The notes below the pieces were generated by a model. It saw only the letters and a list, made by a program, of their open reading frames with translations. It did not search any database and was not told the DNA's origin. Shown one piece after another: positions 9,201 to 18,439 of a stretch of 64,000 bases of DNA (within the stretch, counting starts at the first letter, position 1; every line of letters begins with the position of its first letter). Origin of the DNA: a virus; the IMG/VR virus record IMGVR_UViG_3300035001_000008, positions 32,001 through 96,000 of that record; one strand, 5' to 3'. The translations under genes were made by a program, and so were the position numbers.

Positions 9201-9980
9201 ATGACTAGAGGCGTTTATACAATTTGTTGCGTTCCAACGGGAAAAGTTTATGTAGGTTCAAGCAAGAATATTGAATCGAGATGGATAAGACATAAACGAG
9301 ACTTAAAAAAGAATAGACATCATTCTAAAAACTTGCAAGATGCATGGAATAAATACTCTGAAACCGATTTTAAGTTTTGTATTGTTGAAGAAGTGATTGA
9401 TGGTAATTTACTAGAGTTTGAATATAGATGGACACGAAAGCTAGACGCTTACAAAATAGGGTTTAATAGTTCACCTTTTATACAAAGACCTACTATTGTT
9501 TATTATCTTGAAGTCACTAAAAACGGCAATACAGTTTATAAAGTAGGTAAGACTCAGCAAAGCATCGAAAAACGCTTTGAAGAAGATACTTGCGAAATTA
9601 AAGTATTGGGTTTAGTGAAAATGGCTAATAAAGCAGATGCTACTTGGTTCATTCAATATATACTCACAAAGTATGAAGAATTTAAGTATGATGGCAGTGA
9701 TTTATTAATTAGCGGAAATACTCAGTTGTTTAGTAAAGATATTTTTAATTTAAGCAGCAAGTTTAGCAATAACCCTGACAACCTAGAATGTATCATCAAG
9801 GAATACATTAAGAAGACTCGCAAAAAACCTAACATTGTAGGTAGGCAACTAAGTGAGTATGAAAAATCCCTCAAACCTAGAGTATGGAGATCTCATATGG
9901 CGGGTTCCCCAAAAGAACTATTAGAGAAATACGGAATTATAGAACTCTGTAGAGATTACAGTGATAGAAAACGTTCTTAA
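9201..9980 (+). CDS. GIY-YIG homing endonuclease with two GIY-YIG-type domains
   Basis: N-terminal GVYTI...VYVGSS.NI..RW..H..L....H.S..LQ.AWNKY; second domain YYLEV...YKVGKT...EKRF...G.TQLFSKDIFNL. Confidence 0.88.
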   Translation: MTRGVYTICCVPTGKVYVGSSKNIESRWIRHKRDLKKNRHHSKNLQDAWNKYSETDFKFCIVEEVIDGNLLEFEYRWTRKLDAYKIGFNSSPFIQRPTIVYYLEVTKNGNTVYKVGKTQQSIEKRFEEDTCEIKVLGLVKMANKADATWFIQYILTKYEEFKYDGSDLLISGNTQLFSKDIFNLSSKFSNNPDNLECIIKEYIKKTRKKPNIVGRQLSEYEKSLKPRVWRSHMAGSPKELLEKYGIIELCRDYSDRKRS

Positions 9981-10088
9981 CTCAAAAGCCCCTCTAAAGG
10001 GGCGTTAAACTTCACCCTAATTTCATCTAACGCTATATGCTTTTAAGCTTTAGGGGTGTTATAGTAGGAGTAATTAAGAGGAAAGGAA

Positions 10089-10901
10089 ATGTCAACCGTT
10101 AAATTAGAATACCCAAGTGACAACGGCCTGAGTTTGGTAGAATACCGTTTTTATTTAATGGATACTATTTTGTATTTAGATGACTACACTGAATATAATC
10201 GTCCCAGTAAACGGCATTCTTTCAAGTCTGTAAAATCTTATGCCAGGTTGGATAAACGTAGGTCTACTATTGACGTAAGCGAAGTCCCACTTACTGAAGA
10301 AATTAAACAAGATGCCTTAAATGCATATATTTCCAAGCTTCAAGTTAAACTGTGGGATAAAAAGTAATGAATAAGACTCACTTGCAAATGGATTTAGATA
10401 TGATCCATGAAAGAGATAGACTTAAAAAGCTAGTTGAGCAGATTAAATATAAATGTGAGTTAGTATCAGGCGACGTTTCACCCGGTATTGTAGATGCTAC
10501 CTATTTAGCTGAGGATATCTTAGAATTGATTAGTAAGACTGAGGTTGAATAATGGAGTTGGCTAAATCTGTAGGCGGCATAGCAAACATAAGCAAGGGAA
10601 CAATTGTTTCCCCTCCCTTGCTCAATATGCTATGGCTAAAAGCGCTAAGAATAGACATCACGCTAACCGTTTAGTTAAAAACTATACTAAGTTACTCAAG
10701 CAGACTCATCCTAGTATGCTTACTTTTGTAGGGTTTGGTTACAGCTACAATAAAGACCCGTTTGATTGCGGTAATCCTGGCTGTTTTGTTTGCCATCATG
10801 AGCCTACAGGTAAATCTAGCTCAGCCAATAAAAAGAAAGATGCTAATGTAAGTACTGATTCAATTGAGGATTACTATGAACAGTTGGAAGGCAGAGGGTA
10901 A
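10089..10901 (+). other. Promoter-led cassette of small hypothetical ORFs (10089..10367, 10367..10552, 10632..10901)
   Basis: Follows hairpin 9988-10003, operator 10025-10038 and RBS GAGGAAAGGAA; last ORF has DCGNPGCFVCH. Confidence 0.6.
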
Positions 10902-11015
10902 ACCACAGGTTAAGCCTAAAAAGCGGCTTAAAAAACTAAAGCAGTGGAATAAGGCTAATAAACAATTAGCCGCTAAACTAAAGACTGGACTCAACCAAGG
11001 CCCACAAGGGTCTTT

Positions 11016-12995
11016 TTATTTGTACTCTAACTTAGCCAATTGCTTAAGTTCACTCTGACTCAATTCAGCAGCCCTTTCAAGAGGTATATACTTTCTATCA
11101 GATACTCTGCTATCTAATTCAATAGGGTCGCTTACAGACCCATCTAGACGTAGCTCTACCCATTCATCGCTACGCTTAGCGACATCAAAAGATTTAAGTT
11201 CACTTAATTTAATTTCTTTAATGCTTTTCATAAACTCAGATGGCATCGCACCTAAGTAAGTAGCCTTAGCTTCTTTTAATGACGTTACACCTAAGATAAA
11301 TTTATATTCGTCAAATTCACCGTTAATTACTTGTTCAACTACGAATAGTTTAGGTGAATCTAATTTAGTGCCGACATAACAATCAAGTGCCATGCCATCA
11401 GCACCTTTAGTATTTTGGATATATCCATAACCCGCAGTTAAAGTTTTACCGTGTCTGGTATCAAAAGGTAGGTATTGCAGACCAATAGAAAGACCTTGCC
11501 ATTTAATTACTTTTTTAGCTTTAGTTAAATCATCCAAATTAAATTTAGAATCCCAATCTTCTCTAGGTTTAGTTTTTTCTTTAGGTTCAGGTTCTTTTAC
11601 TTCAGGGGTAGTGCCATCTTCCATTGAATCAGTGTCAGCCTCTATAACGGCTTCTAAGGCTTCAGTAAAATCATCTCTAAGTGTAATCTGCTGATTGAAC
11701 TTGTAACCGTTGAGCCTCTGTCTAGATTCACTTGGGTGCATTGAACCCGATTCAATACGGATTTTATCAGTTTCAGCAAATAACTTTTCAATTTCAGCTT
11801 GTTCTTTACCAGTTAGTTGTAACGCAGATTCCCAAGTAAAACCGAATCCTTTAGGAATGGTGCCGCCTGTCGGCCCGTCTTTTGAGAGCAGCACGTATTC
11901 CCCTAAACGTCTACGTGGTGCAGTCCATATGGTGTTTTGGAAATTTGCTACAAACTCAGACCATAATCTTTCGTCAGTTTTACCCCCTTCACTTAATGCA
12001 TTTTGTCCAGAATGGCCTAATAGTTTAGATTTGGGGAAACCTGTAGCAGTTAATAGAAAATCTTCCATTCTTTGTAGAACAGGGTCGATACCTCCAAACG
12101 ACCTATTCAAATATGAGACTGTCTCCGACTCAGAATCGTGCATTACGCCCTTAAGGGACGAAATTCCCATCTGAATAGCGACAAATCTATTAACTAAAGC
12201 TGACGTATCGCCGCTTTGAGCAAGTGTTGCTAGCCCTTTTAGTCCATAGGTAAAAACTGAATAATCAGCAAGCATTCCACCTACTGAATAATAAGATTGT
12301 AAATAAGTAGATAATTCCGAAAAGCAAGCTTGAATAGCCGAGTCATTATACCCACCGTTATATCTCAATCCCCTAGCCATTAACCTTTTGCCAGGGAATC
12401 TAAGAACTCTATCACTATGAATTATCTGCGTATTTAATGACTTAAATTCATCGGATACATCTTGATTAATATTAAATCGGTAATCTTTAGGATTAACAAT
12501 AGAACCCGATGTATTTGGTTGAAGCATATCCCGTTCAAGTACTTCAAGCCAAGCAACACTTTTTATGTTGTCACGGTCTACAGGTTCATTTATTTCTCTT
12601 CCATCTTGTAGATCTAGGACTATCCAGCCATCTCCATTTAAACGACCTTCTACTGAAGCTTCTGTAAATGCTTCAATTACTCCTAAGTTTGAGCAATACT
12701 CATCCATTGCCGATACTAAATCGGATGAATCCTCTCCCTCAGTATGGCCGAATGAAAAGGTGCCCCAGTGCTTTGAAGCCGCCTCACAAGGCAATAGCAC
12801 AAGCTTCTCAACAATTTTATTTGAACGGAATAAACCTAGACGTTCTTCAGATGTAAGAATCCTAGGAGCGATATTGACTTCTACCCCTTCGATTTTACTA
12901 CGCGCACTACCATGACCCGTATTATTATTAGACACAGATGCACTGAGAGCTGAAATCAGCGACCCATCGTTCCTAAAGTCGTCTAAGTCTGTCAT
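11016..12995 (-). CDS. Phage portal protein (DUF1073-type) fused to a C-terminal pyrophosphatase-like (InPase) domain
   Basis: RL.GDGWIVL...EP, IHSDRVLRF.G, ATGFP..KLLG.....L..GG..D...W portal motifs; GYGYIQNTKGADGMALDCYVG...DEYKFILG PPase-like motifs. Confidence 0.82.
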   Translation of the reverse strand: MTDLDDFRNDGSLISALSASVSNNNTGHGSARSKIEGVEVNIAPRILTSEERLGLFRSNKIVEKLVLLPCEAASKHWGTFSFGHTEGEDSSDLVSAMDEYCSNLGVIEAFTEASVEGRLNGDGWIVLDLQDGREINEPVDRDNIKSVAWLEVLERDMLQPNTSGSIVNPKDYRFNINQDVSDEFKSLNTQIIHSDRVLRFPGKRLMARGLRYNGGYNDSAIQACFSELSTYLQSYYSVGGMLADYSVFTYGLKGLATLAQSGDTSALVNRFVAIQMGISSLKGVMHDSESETVSYLNRSFGGIDPVLQRMEDFLLTATGFPKSKLLGHSGQNALSEGGKTDERLWSEFVANFQNTIWTAPRRRLGEYVLLSKDGPTGGTIPKGFGFTWESALQLTGKEQAEIEKLFAETDKIRIESGSMHPSESRQRLNGYKFNQQITLRDDFTEALEAVIEADTDSMEDGTTPEVKEPEPKEKTKPREDWDSKFNLDDLTKAKKVIKWQGLSIGLQYLPFDTRHGKTLTAGYGYIQNTKGADGMALDCYVGTKLDSPKLFVVEQVINGEFDEYKFILGVTSLKEAKATYLGAMPSEFMKSIKEIKLSELKSFDVAKRSDEWVELRLDGSVSDPIELDSRVSDRKYIPLERAAELSQSELKQLAKLEYK

Positions 12996-13119
12996 ATTAA
13001 ATAAAAATTTGATATAATGCCTTACCTAAGTCTATCTAATCTTTATCTAATGAGTATTGACGATTAAACAAGCAAGCGTTAAACTAAAAGGGTAAGTTTG
13101 AAATTAAGGAATTAATTAA

Positions 13120-13242
13120 ATGTCTAACCAAGCTAAGATTGCTCAACTACGGCAACAATACCAACAAGCTAAATCTGAGCCAGAAGCACGTAAGATTTTG
13201 CTTGAGATTCAAAAGCTGGAAAGGGAAGATTTCGGCATTTAA
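13120..13242 (+). CDS. 40-aa hypothetical protein not in the ORF track (MSNQAKIAQLRQQY...EDFGI)
   Basis: TTGACG-N17-TAAACT promoter at 13057-13085 and AAGGA RBS upstream. Confidence 0.6.
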   Translation: MSNQAKIAQLRQQYQQAKSEPEARKILLEIQKLEREDFGI

Positions 13243-13772
13243 GTTAACGTTAAATTAATGCATCTACCTTATCTAAAACTAACTAAGGATTAAATTAAAT
13301 AGATATGCAACCAGGTTTGACTAAACTAAAAGCAGAGTTAGCATTGTCTGCTGAGATTGAAGCCAAACGTGCTTCAATCTCTGTTGAGCAAGCAGTGAAA
13401 GCTAACATTATATCTACCCTTGCTCAAGCTGCTGACTGGTAGACTTAAAGGGTACATCTACCTTAAAGTAAATCTAAATAAGGACTTAATCAAATGGCTT
13501 TATCTACAGAGACAATTAATAACAAACTGGCTAACGATTACGCAACAAGGTTTATCCTACTTCTCAAAAGTGAACCCTGGGATGTTGAATCAAAAAGCCA
13601 ACTTTCTATGCTCTTTGATTTTTACTCTGCTGGTGTGCTAGAAACAACCGCACCGATAAGCAGAGAAATTCTAAAACTAGACGCTGTAATCGGTATAGCT
13701 AAGTCAATTGTTCTAAATCAAAATGGATTGCTTTAGTTAAACTTAAAGGGGTTTAATCACCCCTTGAAATAT

Positions 13773-13848
13773 CTCTCATTAACTCAGCGCATAGAGTAGC
13801 GGGTTTCTACCCCGTTTGTCCTAGGTTGGAATCCTAGATGAGAGGCCA
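13773..13848 (+). tRNA. trnR: tRNA-Arg(UCU) with encoded CCA and non-canonical C19/G56
   Basis: Acceptor CTCTCAT/ATGAGAG, D-arm ACTC-AGCGCATA-GAGT, anticodon arm GCGGG-TTTCTAC-CCCGT, T-arm CTAGG-TTGGAAT-CCTAG, G73, CCA. Confidence 0.85.
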
Positions 13849-13921
13849 GGGCGTTTGGCAGAGCGGATTATGCACCATGCTCATAACGTGGTTTAGACTG
13901 GTTCAATTCCAGTAGCGCCCA
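13849..13921 (+). tRNA. tRNA with CAU anticodon (Ile2 or elongator Met); no encoded CCA
   Basis: Acceptor GGGCGTT/AGCGCCC, anticodon arm CCATG-CTCATAA-CGTGG, T-arm ACTGG-TTCAATT-CCAGT, A73. Confidence 0.92.
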
Positions 13922-13943
13922 TCTCAATTAAATAAAGGAAACA

Positions 13944-14159
13944 ATGACAGATAAACCAACGCCTAAACGAATGTCAATTAATTTAACGGGTGATGCTGCT
14001 GAGTATCTAGAAGATCTTGCTGAATCGCAGGGCATAACTCAAACTGAAGCACTACGTAGAGCTATTGCAACCGAATCTTATATTCAGAAATCAATCAAAG
14101 AAGGCTATAGGGTTTTACTTCAGAACAAGGATGAAATTAGAGAAATTGTTTTTAGGTAA
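13944..14159 (+). CDS. Ribbon-helix-helix (CopG-family) regulator
   Basis: KRMSINLTGDAAEYLEDLAESQGITQTEALRRAIATESY. Confidence 0.85.
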   Translation: MTDKPTPKRMSINLTGDAAEYLEDLAESQGITQTEALRRAIATESYIQKSIKEGYRVLLQNKDEIREIVFR

Positions 14160-14227
14160 GGGTTAATTAAAACAACAGACTCATCTAAAATAGGTATTAC
14201 TATACTTATTTCAAAAGTGCATCAAAC

Positions 14228-15069
14228 ATGCTCAGCAAACATTTATTTGTCAAAAGAAATACTGTTGTTCTTAAATCAACGGCTACTGCTTGGGATCTAT
14301 CTACTGAGTACGATGTTAATTTATTCACCGTTGAAAGACAATTAAAGTTATTTGGAATATGTCTACATTCCAAAGCAATCTTTGCTGATTTTGATGTAAA
14401 TGTCTGTAATGAGTATATTAGGGAATTTAAGGATTAAATAAATGGAAACTAATTATCAAAATGAACTTGAAGAAGTTCTAAATTACTGCCTTAAACACAA
14501 ATACTCATTTAATTATTCCTATACGCCGCATTCAAGTAGACATTACTTCTACATCACTTCAGATGACTTTGATGTAATGGAGCAAGGAATAGCACACACT
14601 AAAGAAAAAGCGTTTGCAGATTTTATGTTAGATTTTAAGGCACGTAGAATTAAATATAAGGATTAATTAAATGATTTTCCTTTTAATTGAAAAATATCTA
14701 AAAGACTCAAGTATTGAAGTTACTAAAGTTAATAATTCACTGAGAGTTAAGTTATTAAACAGCACTGGATACTTTTATGCTGACATGGCGCTATCTGATG
14801 AGCATTTAGTTACAGTATCAGAACTACCTTACACTTTAGAATATGCGGGTAAGTCATCAGGGTATGGAGAAAAGGGTATTCTAACACTCAATACTAGATT
14901 AAACTCTGCTTGGTTAGCTACTCAAGACAATAAGTTAATTCTTAAAAGCACTCAACCAGAAAGAGATTTAACTAAATATACGCTCCTAAGAGATTTAGCT
15001 TACTTTGTTAAAGCACATGCCTATATTTGCTACAAAATTGAAAATGGTGTGATGGGTAAAAGAGAATAA
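14228..15069 (+). other. Three hypothetical ORFs (14228..14437, 14442..14666, 14671..15069)
   Basis: Closely spaced same-strand ORFs with AAGGA-type RBSs. Confidence 0.6.
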
Positions 15070-15073
15070 AAAC

Positions 15074-15097
15074 AAAGCCCCAATTAAGGGGCTTTTT
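15074..15097. terminator. Probable bidirectional intrinsic terminator
   Basis: AAAGCCCC-AATTAA-GGGGCTTTTT. Confidence 0.75.
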
Positions 15098-15162
15098 AGT
15101 TTGATTTAATACTCTTATGTATAATCTTGTATCACGTTAGATATTTGTGTTAAAATTATAGA

Positions 15163-16356
15163 ATGAGAAACGTAGCCAAGGTTAGAATTTATCCCACTCC
15201 TGAGCAACAGCAGTTGTTAACGCAGTCTTTTGGTTGTGCTAGGTGGTTTTGGAATTATGCTCTAGCTTTGAATAACGAAACTTATAAAGAGACTGGAAAA
15301 GGTTTATCTAGGCAAGGCTATAACGACTTGCTGCCCGACTTAAAGAAAGAGCATCCTTGGTTAAAGGATTGCTATTCTCAAGTTTTGCAGTCTGTCAGCT
15401 TAAACTTGTCTAGGGCTTTTATCAACTTCTTTGAAGGACGGGCAAAATACCCTAACTTCAAGAGCAAGCATGGAAAACAATCTATCCAGTATCCTCAACA
15501 TGTTAAATTGCTAAATGGCAAAATTAAGCTACCTAAAATAGGAGAAGTTAAAGCAAAACTACACCGTACATTTGAAGGAAAGCTAAAGACTGTAACCATT
15601 AGCCTAAACAAAGCAGGTAAGTATCACGCTTCTTTATTGTTTGATGATGGTACACCTGATTTAGTGCCTAGCTCAGAAGGTAAAGCTATTGGAATTGACT
15701 TAGGGTTAACTCACTTCGCTATCACCTCAGATGGTTCTAAATATGATAACCCCAGACATTTAAGCAAGCGGGCTAAGAATCTAAAGCGTAAGCAACAGAA
15801 ACTATCTCGCAAACAAAAAGGGTCTGGTAAGCGTAACAAAGCCCGCAAGATTGTCGCACGGGTACATGATCGTATTGCCAATACTCGTAAAGATTTTCAG
15901 CATAAACTATCCCGTAAAATTGTTGACGAAAACCAAGTCATCATTACTGAGGATTTAGCTGTTAAGAACATGGTTAAAAATCACAATCTAGCCAAAGCAA
16001 TCTCTGATTGTGGATGGTCTAGCTTTACAACCATGCTCAAATACAAGGCCGAGAAAGAAGGTAAAGTCTATTTACAGATTGGTAGATTTTTTCCTTCAAG
16101 TAAGACTTGTAATGTATGCCTACATCAAGTTGATAGCTTATCTCTAAATATTCGTAGTTGGGAATGTCCTAGCTGTAAAACAAAGCATGATAGAGATGTG
16201 AATGCTGCTATCAATATCAGAGATGAAGGTCTAAGGATTCTAGCGTTAGGAACTAGCGCTACTGCCCAAGGAGGGAAGGTAAGTCCAAAGCGGGGGCGTA
16301 GGTCATCCGTAGAGGCTCATCCTGTTGAGTTGGGAAATCCAAAACTTACCATATAG
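15163..16356 (+). CDS. tnpB: RNA-guided endonuclease TnpB (IS200/IS605 OrfB)
   Basis: N-terminal RIYPT.EQ..LL...FGC.R; RuvC-I IGIDLG, RuvC-II ITEDL, Zn finger CNVC..CPSC, RuvC-III HDRDVNAAINI. Confidence 0.96.
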   Translation: MRNVAKVRIYPTPEQQQLLTQSFGCARWFWNYALALNNETYKETGKGLSRQGYNDLLPDLKKEHPWLKDCYSQVLQSVSLNLSRAFINFFEGRAKYPNFKSKHGKQSIQYPQHVKLLNGKIKLPKIGEVKAKLHRTFEGKLKTVTISLNKAGKYHASLLFDDGTPDLVPSSEGKAIGIDLGLTHFAITSDGSKYDNPRHLSKRAKNLKRKQQKLSRKQKGSGKRNKARKIVARVHDRIANTRKDFQHKLSRKIVDENQVIITEDLAVKNMVKNHNLAKAISDCGWSSFTTMLKYKAEKEGKVYLQIGRFFPSSKTCNVCLHQVDSLSLNIRSWECPSCKTKHDRDVNAAINIRDEGLRILALGTSATAQGGKVSPKRGRRSSVEAHPVELGNPKLTI

Positions 16357-16381
16357 ATTAGGTAAGTTTTGGATAGTTCAC
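16338..16381 (+). ncRNA. Right-end hairpin / 3' part of the omegaRNA scaffold; predicted guide begins TTAACTATCTTCTCTC at 16382
   Basis: TCCAAAACTTACC-ATATAGATTA-GGTAAGTTTTGGA followed by TAGTTCAC, overlapping the tnpB stop. Confidence 0.6.
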
Positions 16382-16741
16382 TTAACTATCTTCTCTCCAA
16401 AATCCTACTACTTTAAGGTTTTTATTTAGACCCATAACACTATGTAAGACTTTACAGATAAGGTCTTTGTTAGCCTCAAAGTCTTTTTGAAGTTCATCGT
16501 CTAAAATACCATCCTCCTTAGCGGATTGATTCGCATATACACATAACTGAAATACCTTTTCCATATACATTGAATCAATGTGATCTGCTGATGTGTAATT
16601 AGCTAACTTAGTTAAAACAGTTGGGTTTACTGAATCATTAGCCCCTACAACATTAGAGAAATGAGCACCTACGTTTAATACAGTTTTATACAAAAAGTCA
16701 GCAGTCTTACCATCCCAATTGTCACCTTTAATTGTATTCAT
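16382..16741 (-). CDS. Hypothetical protein
   Basis: Directly downstream of thyX on the same strand; its stop codon abuts the IS right end. Confidence 0.6.
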   Translation of the reverse strand: MNTIKGDNWDGKTADFLYKTVLNVGAHFSNVVGANDSVNPTVLTKLANYTSADHIDSMYMEKVFQLCVYANQSAKEDGILDDELQKDFEANKDLICKVLHSVMGLNKNLKVVGFWREDS

Positions 16742-16752
16742 TGATTACCGTC

Positions 16753-17559
16753 CTAGGGTGCTAGCTTTGCCCGCTTAAATCGGTTCTTTTCGTAAAACTC
16801 CCAAACCTCAGGAACCCATTCTTCTAGATAAGGAACCATCAGTTCACAAAGCCATTGTATTTCAAGTTGGGCATCGGCCTTTGCCCTTAAGTCTAAAAAG
16901 TGTAGCAGACTTCTAAGGTTAAAGCTAACTACAAAGTGTTGTCTTACATCAAATGGAATTAAGCCTCTAGCATGTTCTTCTGAAAAACCTTGCTCAATCC
17001 TATCACGGTAATGAAAAGCAGCATTCATGGCTAGGTTAATATCTTCAGCCCTATCAGATTTTGTATATTCATACTTTTTACCCTTCCTATCGGTGTAAAA
17101 ACCCACAGGCCGTAGGTAGAACGTTTTCTCGATAGCTTCTAGTACGTCATCAGCCTCTATAGCATTGCAGATACGCTTACCAGAGTATCGAAAACTCTGC
17201 ACATCGAAAGAGGTAGAAATGCGATGTGTGCGGGCTTGCTGCATTACTGAATGGGGAAAATAGCCCACGTTGAATGTAATTTGCGGGTGTTCTATGACGC
17301 CCCAATGCCCAAACTTGACACAATGGCTAATTACCCGTCTACCAGCCTCAGACTCCTTTAGAATCTCACTAGGGTTCATCGGGTCTACCCATAGCCCGTT
17401 GTATGCTGTTACAGGTTCGACAGGATTAAACAACTCATCTGATACTAGTTTCTCTGAGTAGTCAGTATGCATAGCTGCATAACATAGCTTTTGCGGGTTG
17501 GGTGTTTTGGCTAACAACTCAACTCTAAATAATTTATCCATAAATCCCTTATATAACAA
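16753..17559 (-). CDS. thyX: FAD-dependent thymidylate synthase
   Basis: GHWGVIEHPQITF, QQARTHRISTSFDVQSFRY, NLRSLLHFLDLR...AQLEI. Confidence 0.96.
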   Translation of the reverse strand: MLYKGFMDKLFRVELLAKTPNPQKLCYAAMHTDYSEKLVSDELFNPVEPVTAYNGLWVDPMNPSEILKESEAGRRVISHCVKFGHWGVIEHPQITFNVGYFPHSVMQQARTHRISTSFDVQSFRYSGKRICNAIEADDVLEAIEKTFYLRPVGFYTDRKGKKYEYTKSDRAEDINLAMNAAFHYRDRIEQGFSEEHARGLIPFDVRQHFVVSFNLRSLLHFLDLRAKADAQLEIQWLCELMVPYLEEWVPEVWEFYEKNRFKRAKLAP

Positions 17560-17623
17560 GCGTTTACCATACCATTCTACTCTATCTAATGTTAAACTAG
17601 GGGAGTGATTAGGACTAAATTAA

Positions 17624-18439
17624 ATGAAATACGCAACGTCGCTATACTACGGTGGAAATCTAGTTAATGCTATTCAGTGCAAACATCAAGACTTTCTAAA
17701 AATTATACCGATGTGCCCTGAGTGCAAAGAACCCGTATTCCTTAGACAGGCATCTAAAACTGCTAGTGCTTGCTGGTGCCATTTTAAGGGAAGTAAGTCT
17801 GATATTGCACTGTGTGAGCTAAGGGTAAACAGTTATTCAGATAACAAGCGTAAAAGACTAGCTAATACAGCAAGAAATCAATTACTCGCATTGTTACGTA
17901 AACACTTTTGGAAAGTATGGCATTCCGAACCAAATAAAATAAAAACTCATGAACTGAATGAAGCTAACTTATTGACAAATCATAAGAGCGAATGGAAGAC
18001 TGAGCTTTATAAAATTATGTGGTGGCACCACATAAACCACGCTGAAAACTCTAAGCAGATGCTTGAGTTTTATATTAATCACTATCTCGTAGAAACTAGG
18101 AACTTTACAGATGGTATGAAAGGTGAGGATAACGTTTTAAGGGATCTTGAAAAGTGCTATCAAGAAAGTACGTTACTGCATAGACATTATCAACAAAACG
18201 TTGTAAGCGTGGTGTTTGATTTCTTGAGTACTGCAAAGACTCGCGAGATAACATGTGCTATGTATTTACTTGCCATACATAGCGCCAATACAATGGATGC
18301 TTTTAACTTAGGTGATAACGGAATATTAGACCTTAACTTACTCAAAACAAATAAAGATGTGAGGTTCAAGCTTACTGAAAACGTTTTAATTTCTCTTACA
18401 GTTGCACCTTGGTGGGATATGTTGAGGGAGGTTATTTAA
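17624..18439 (+). CDS. Hypothetical protein with an N-terminal CoiA-like Zn-finger (CPECKEPVFLR...H)
   Basis: C-x2-C...H...C cluster in the first 70 aa. Confidence 0.5.
   Translation: MKYATSLYYGGNLVNAIQCKHQDFLKIIPMCPECKEPVFLRQASKTASACWCHFKGSKSDIALCELRVNSYSDNKRKRLANTARNQLLALLRKHFWKVWHSEPNKIKTHELNEANLLTNHKSEWKTELYKIMWWHHINHAENSKQMLEFYINHYLVETRNFTDGMKGEDNVLRDLEKCYQESTLLHRHYQQNVVSVVFDFLSTAKTREITCAMYLLAIHSANTMDAFNLGDNGILDLNLLKTNKDVRFKLTENVLISLTVAPWWDMLREVI

Larger units (their letters stand above)
15106..16381 (+). mobile_element. Non-autonomous IS200/IS605-family element carrying tnpB only; left boundary uncertain
   Basis: tnpB plus right-end hairpin ending in GATAGTTCAC; no tnpA and no clear left-end hairpin. 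Confidence 0.7.

Noticed and set aside
11016-12995. Calling the DUF1073 protein an anti-CBASS Acb1
   Set aside because: The sequence has portal motifs and no paired HxT/S 2H-phosphoesterase motifs; the extra domain is PPase-like.
13849-13921. Initiator tRNA-fMet
   Set aside because: It has a paired G1:C72 and lacks the three consecutive G:C pairs in the anticodon stem.
15163-16356. Nuclease-dead TnpB (TldR-type repressor)
   Set aside because: All three RuvC acidic residues (D, E, D) are present.
16357-16760. CRISPR mini-array or Cas12-type locus next to tnpB
   Set aside because: No repeat-spacer periodicity downstream or elsewhere; the protein has an ordinary IS605 OrfB N-terminus and right-end hairpin.
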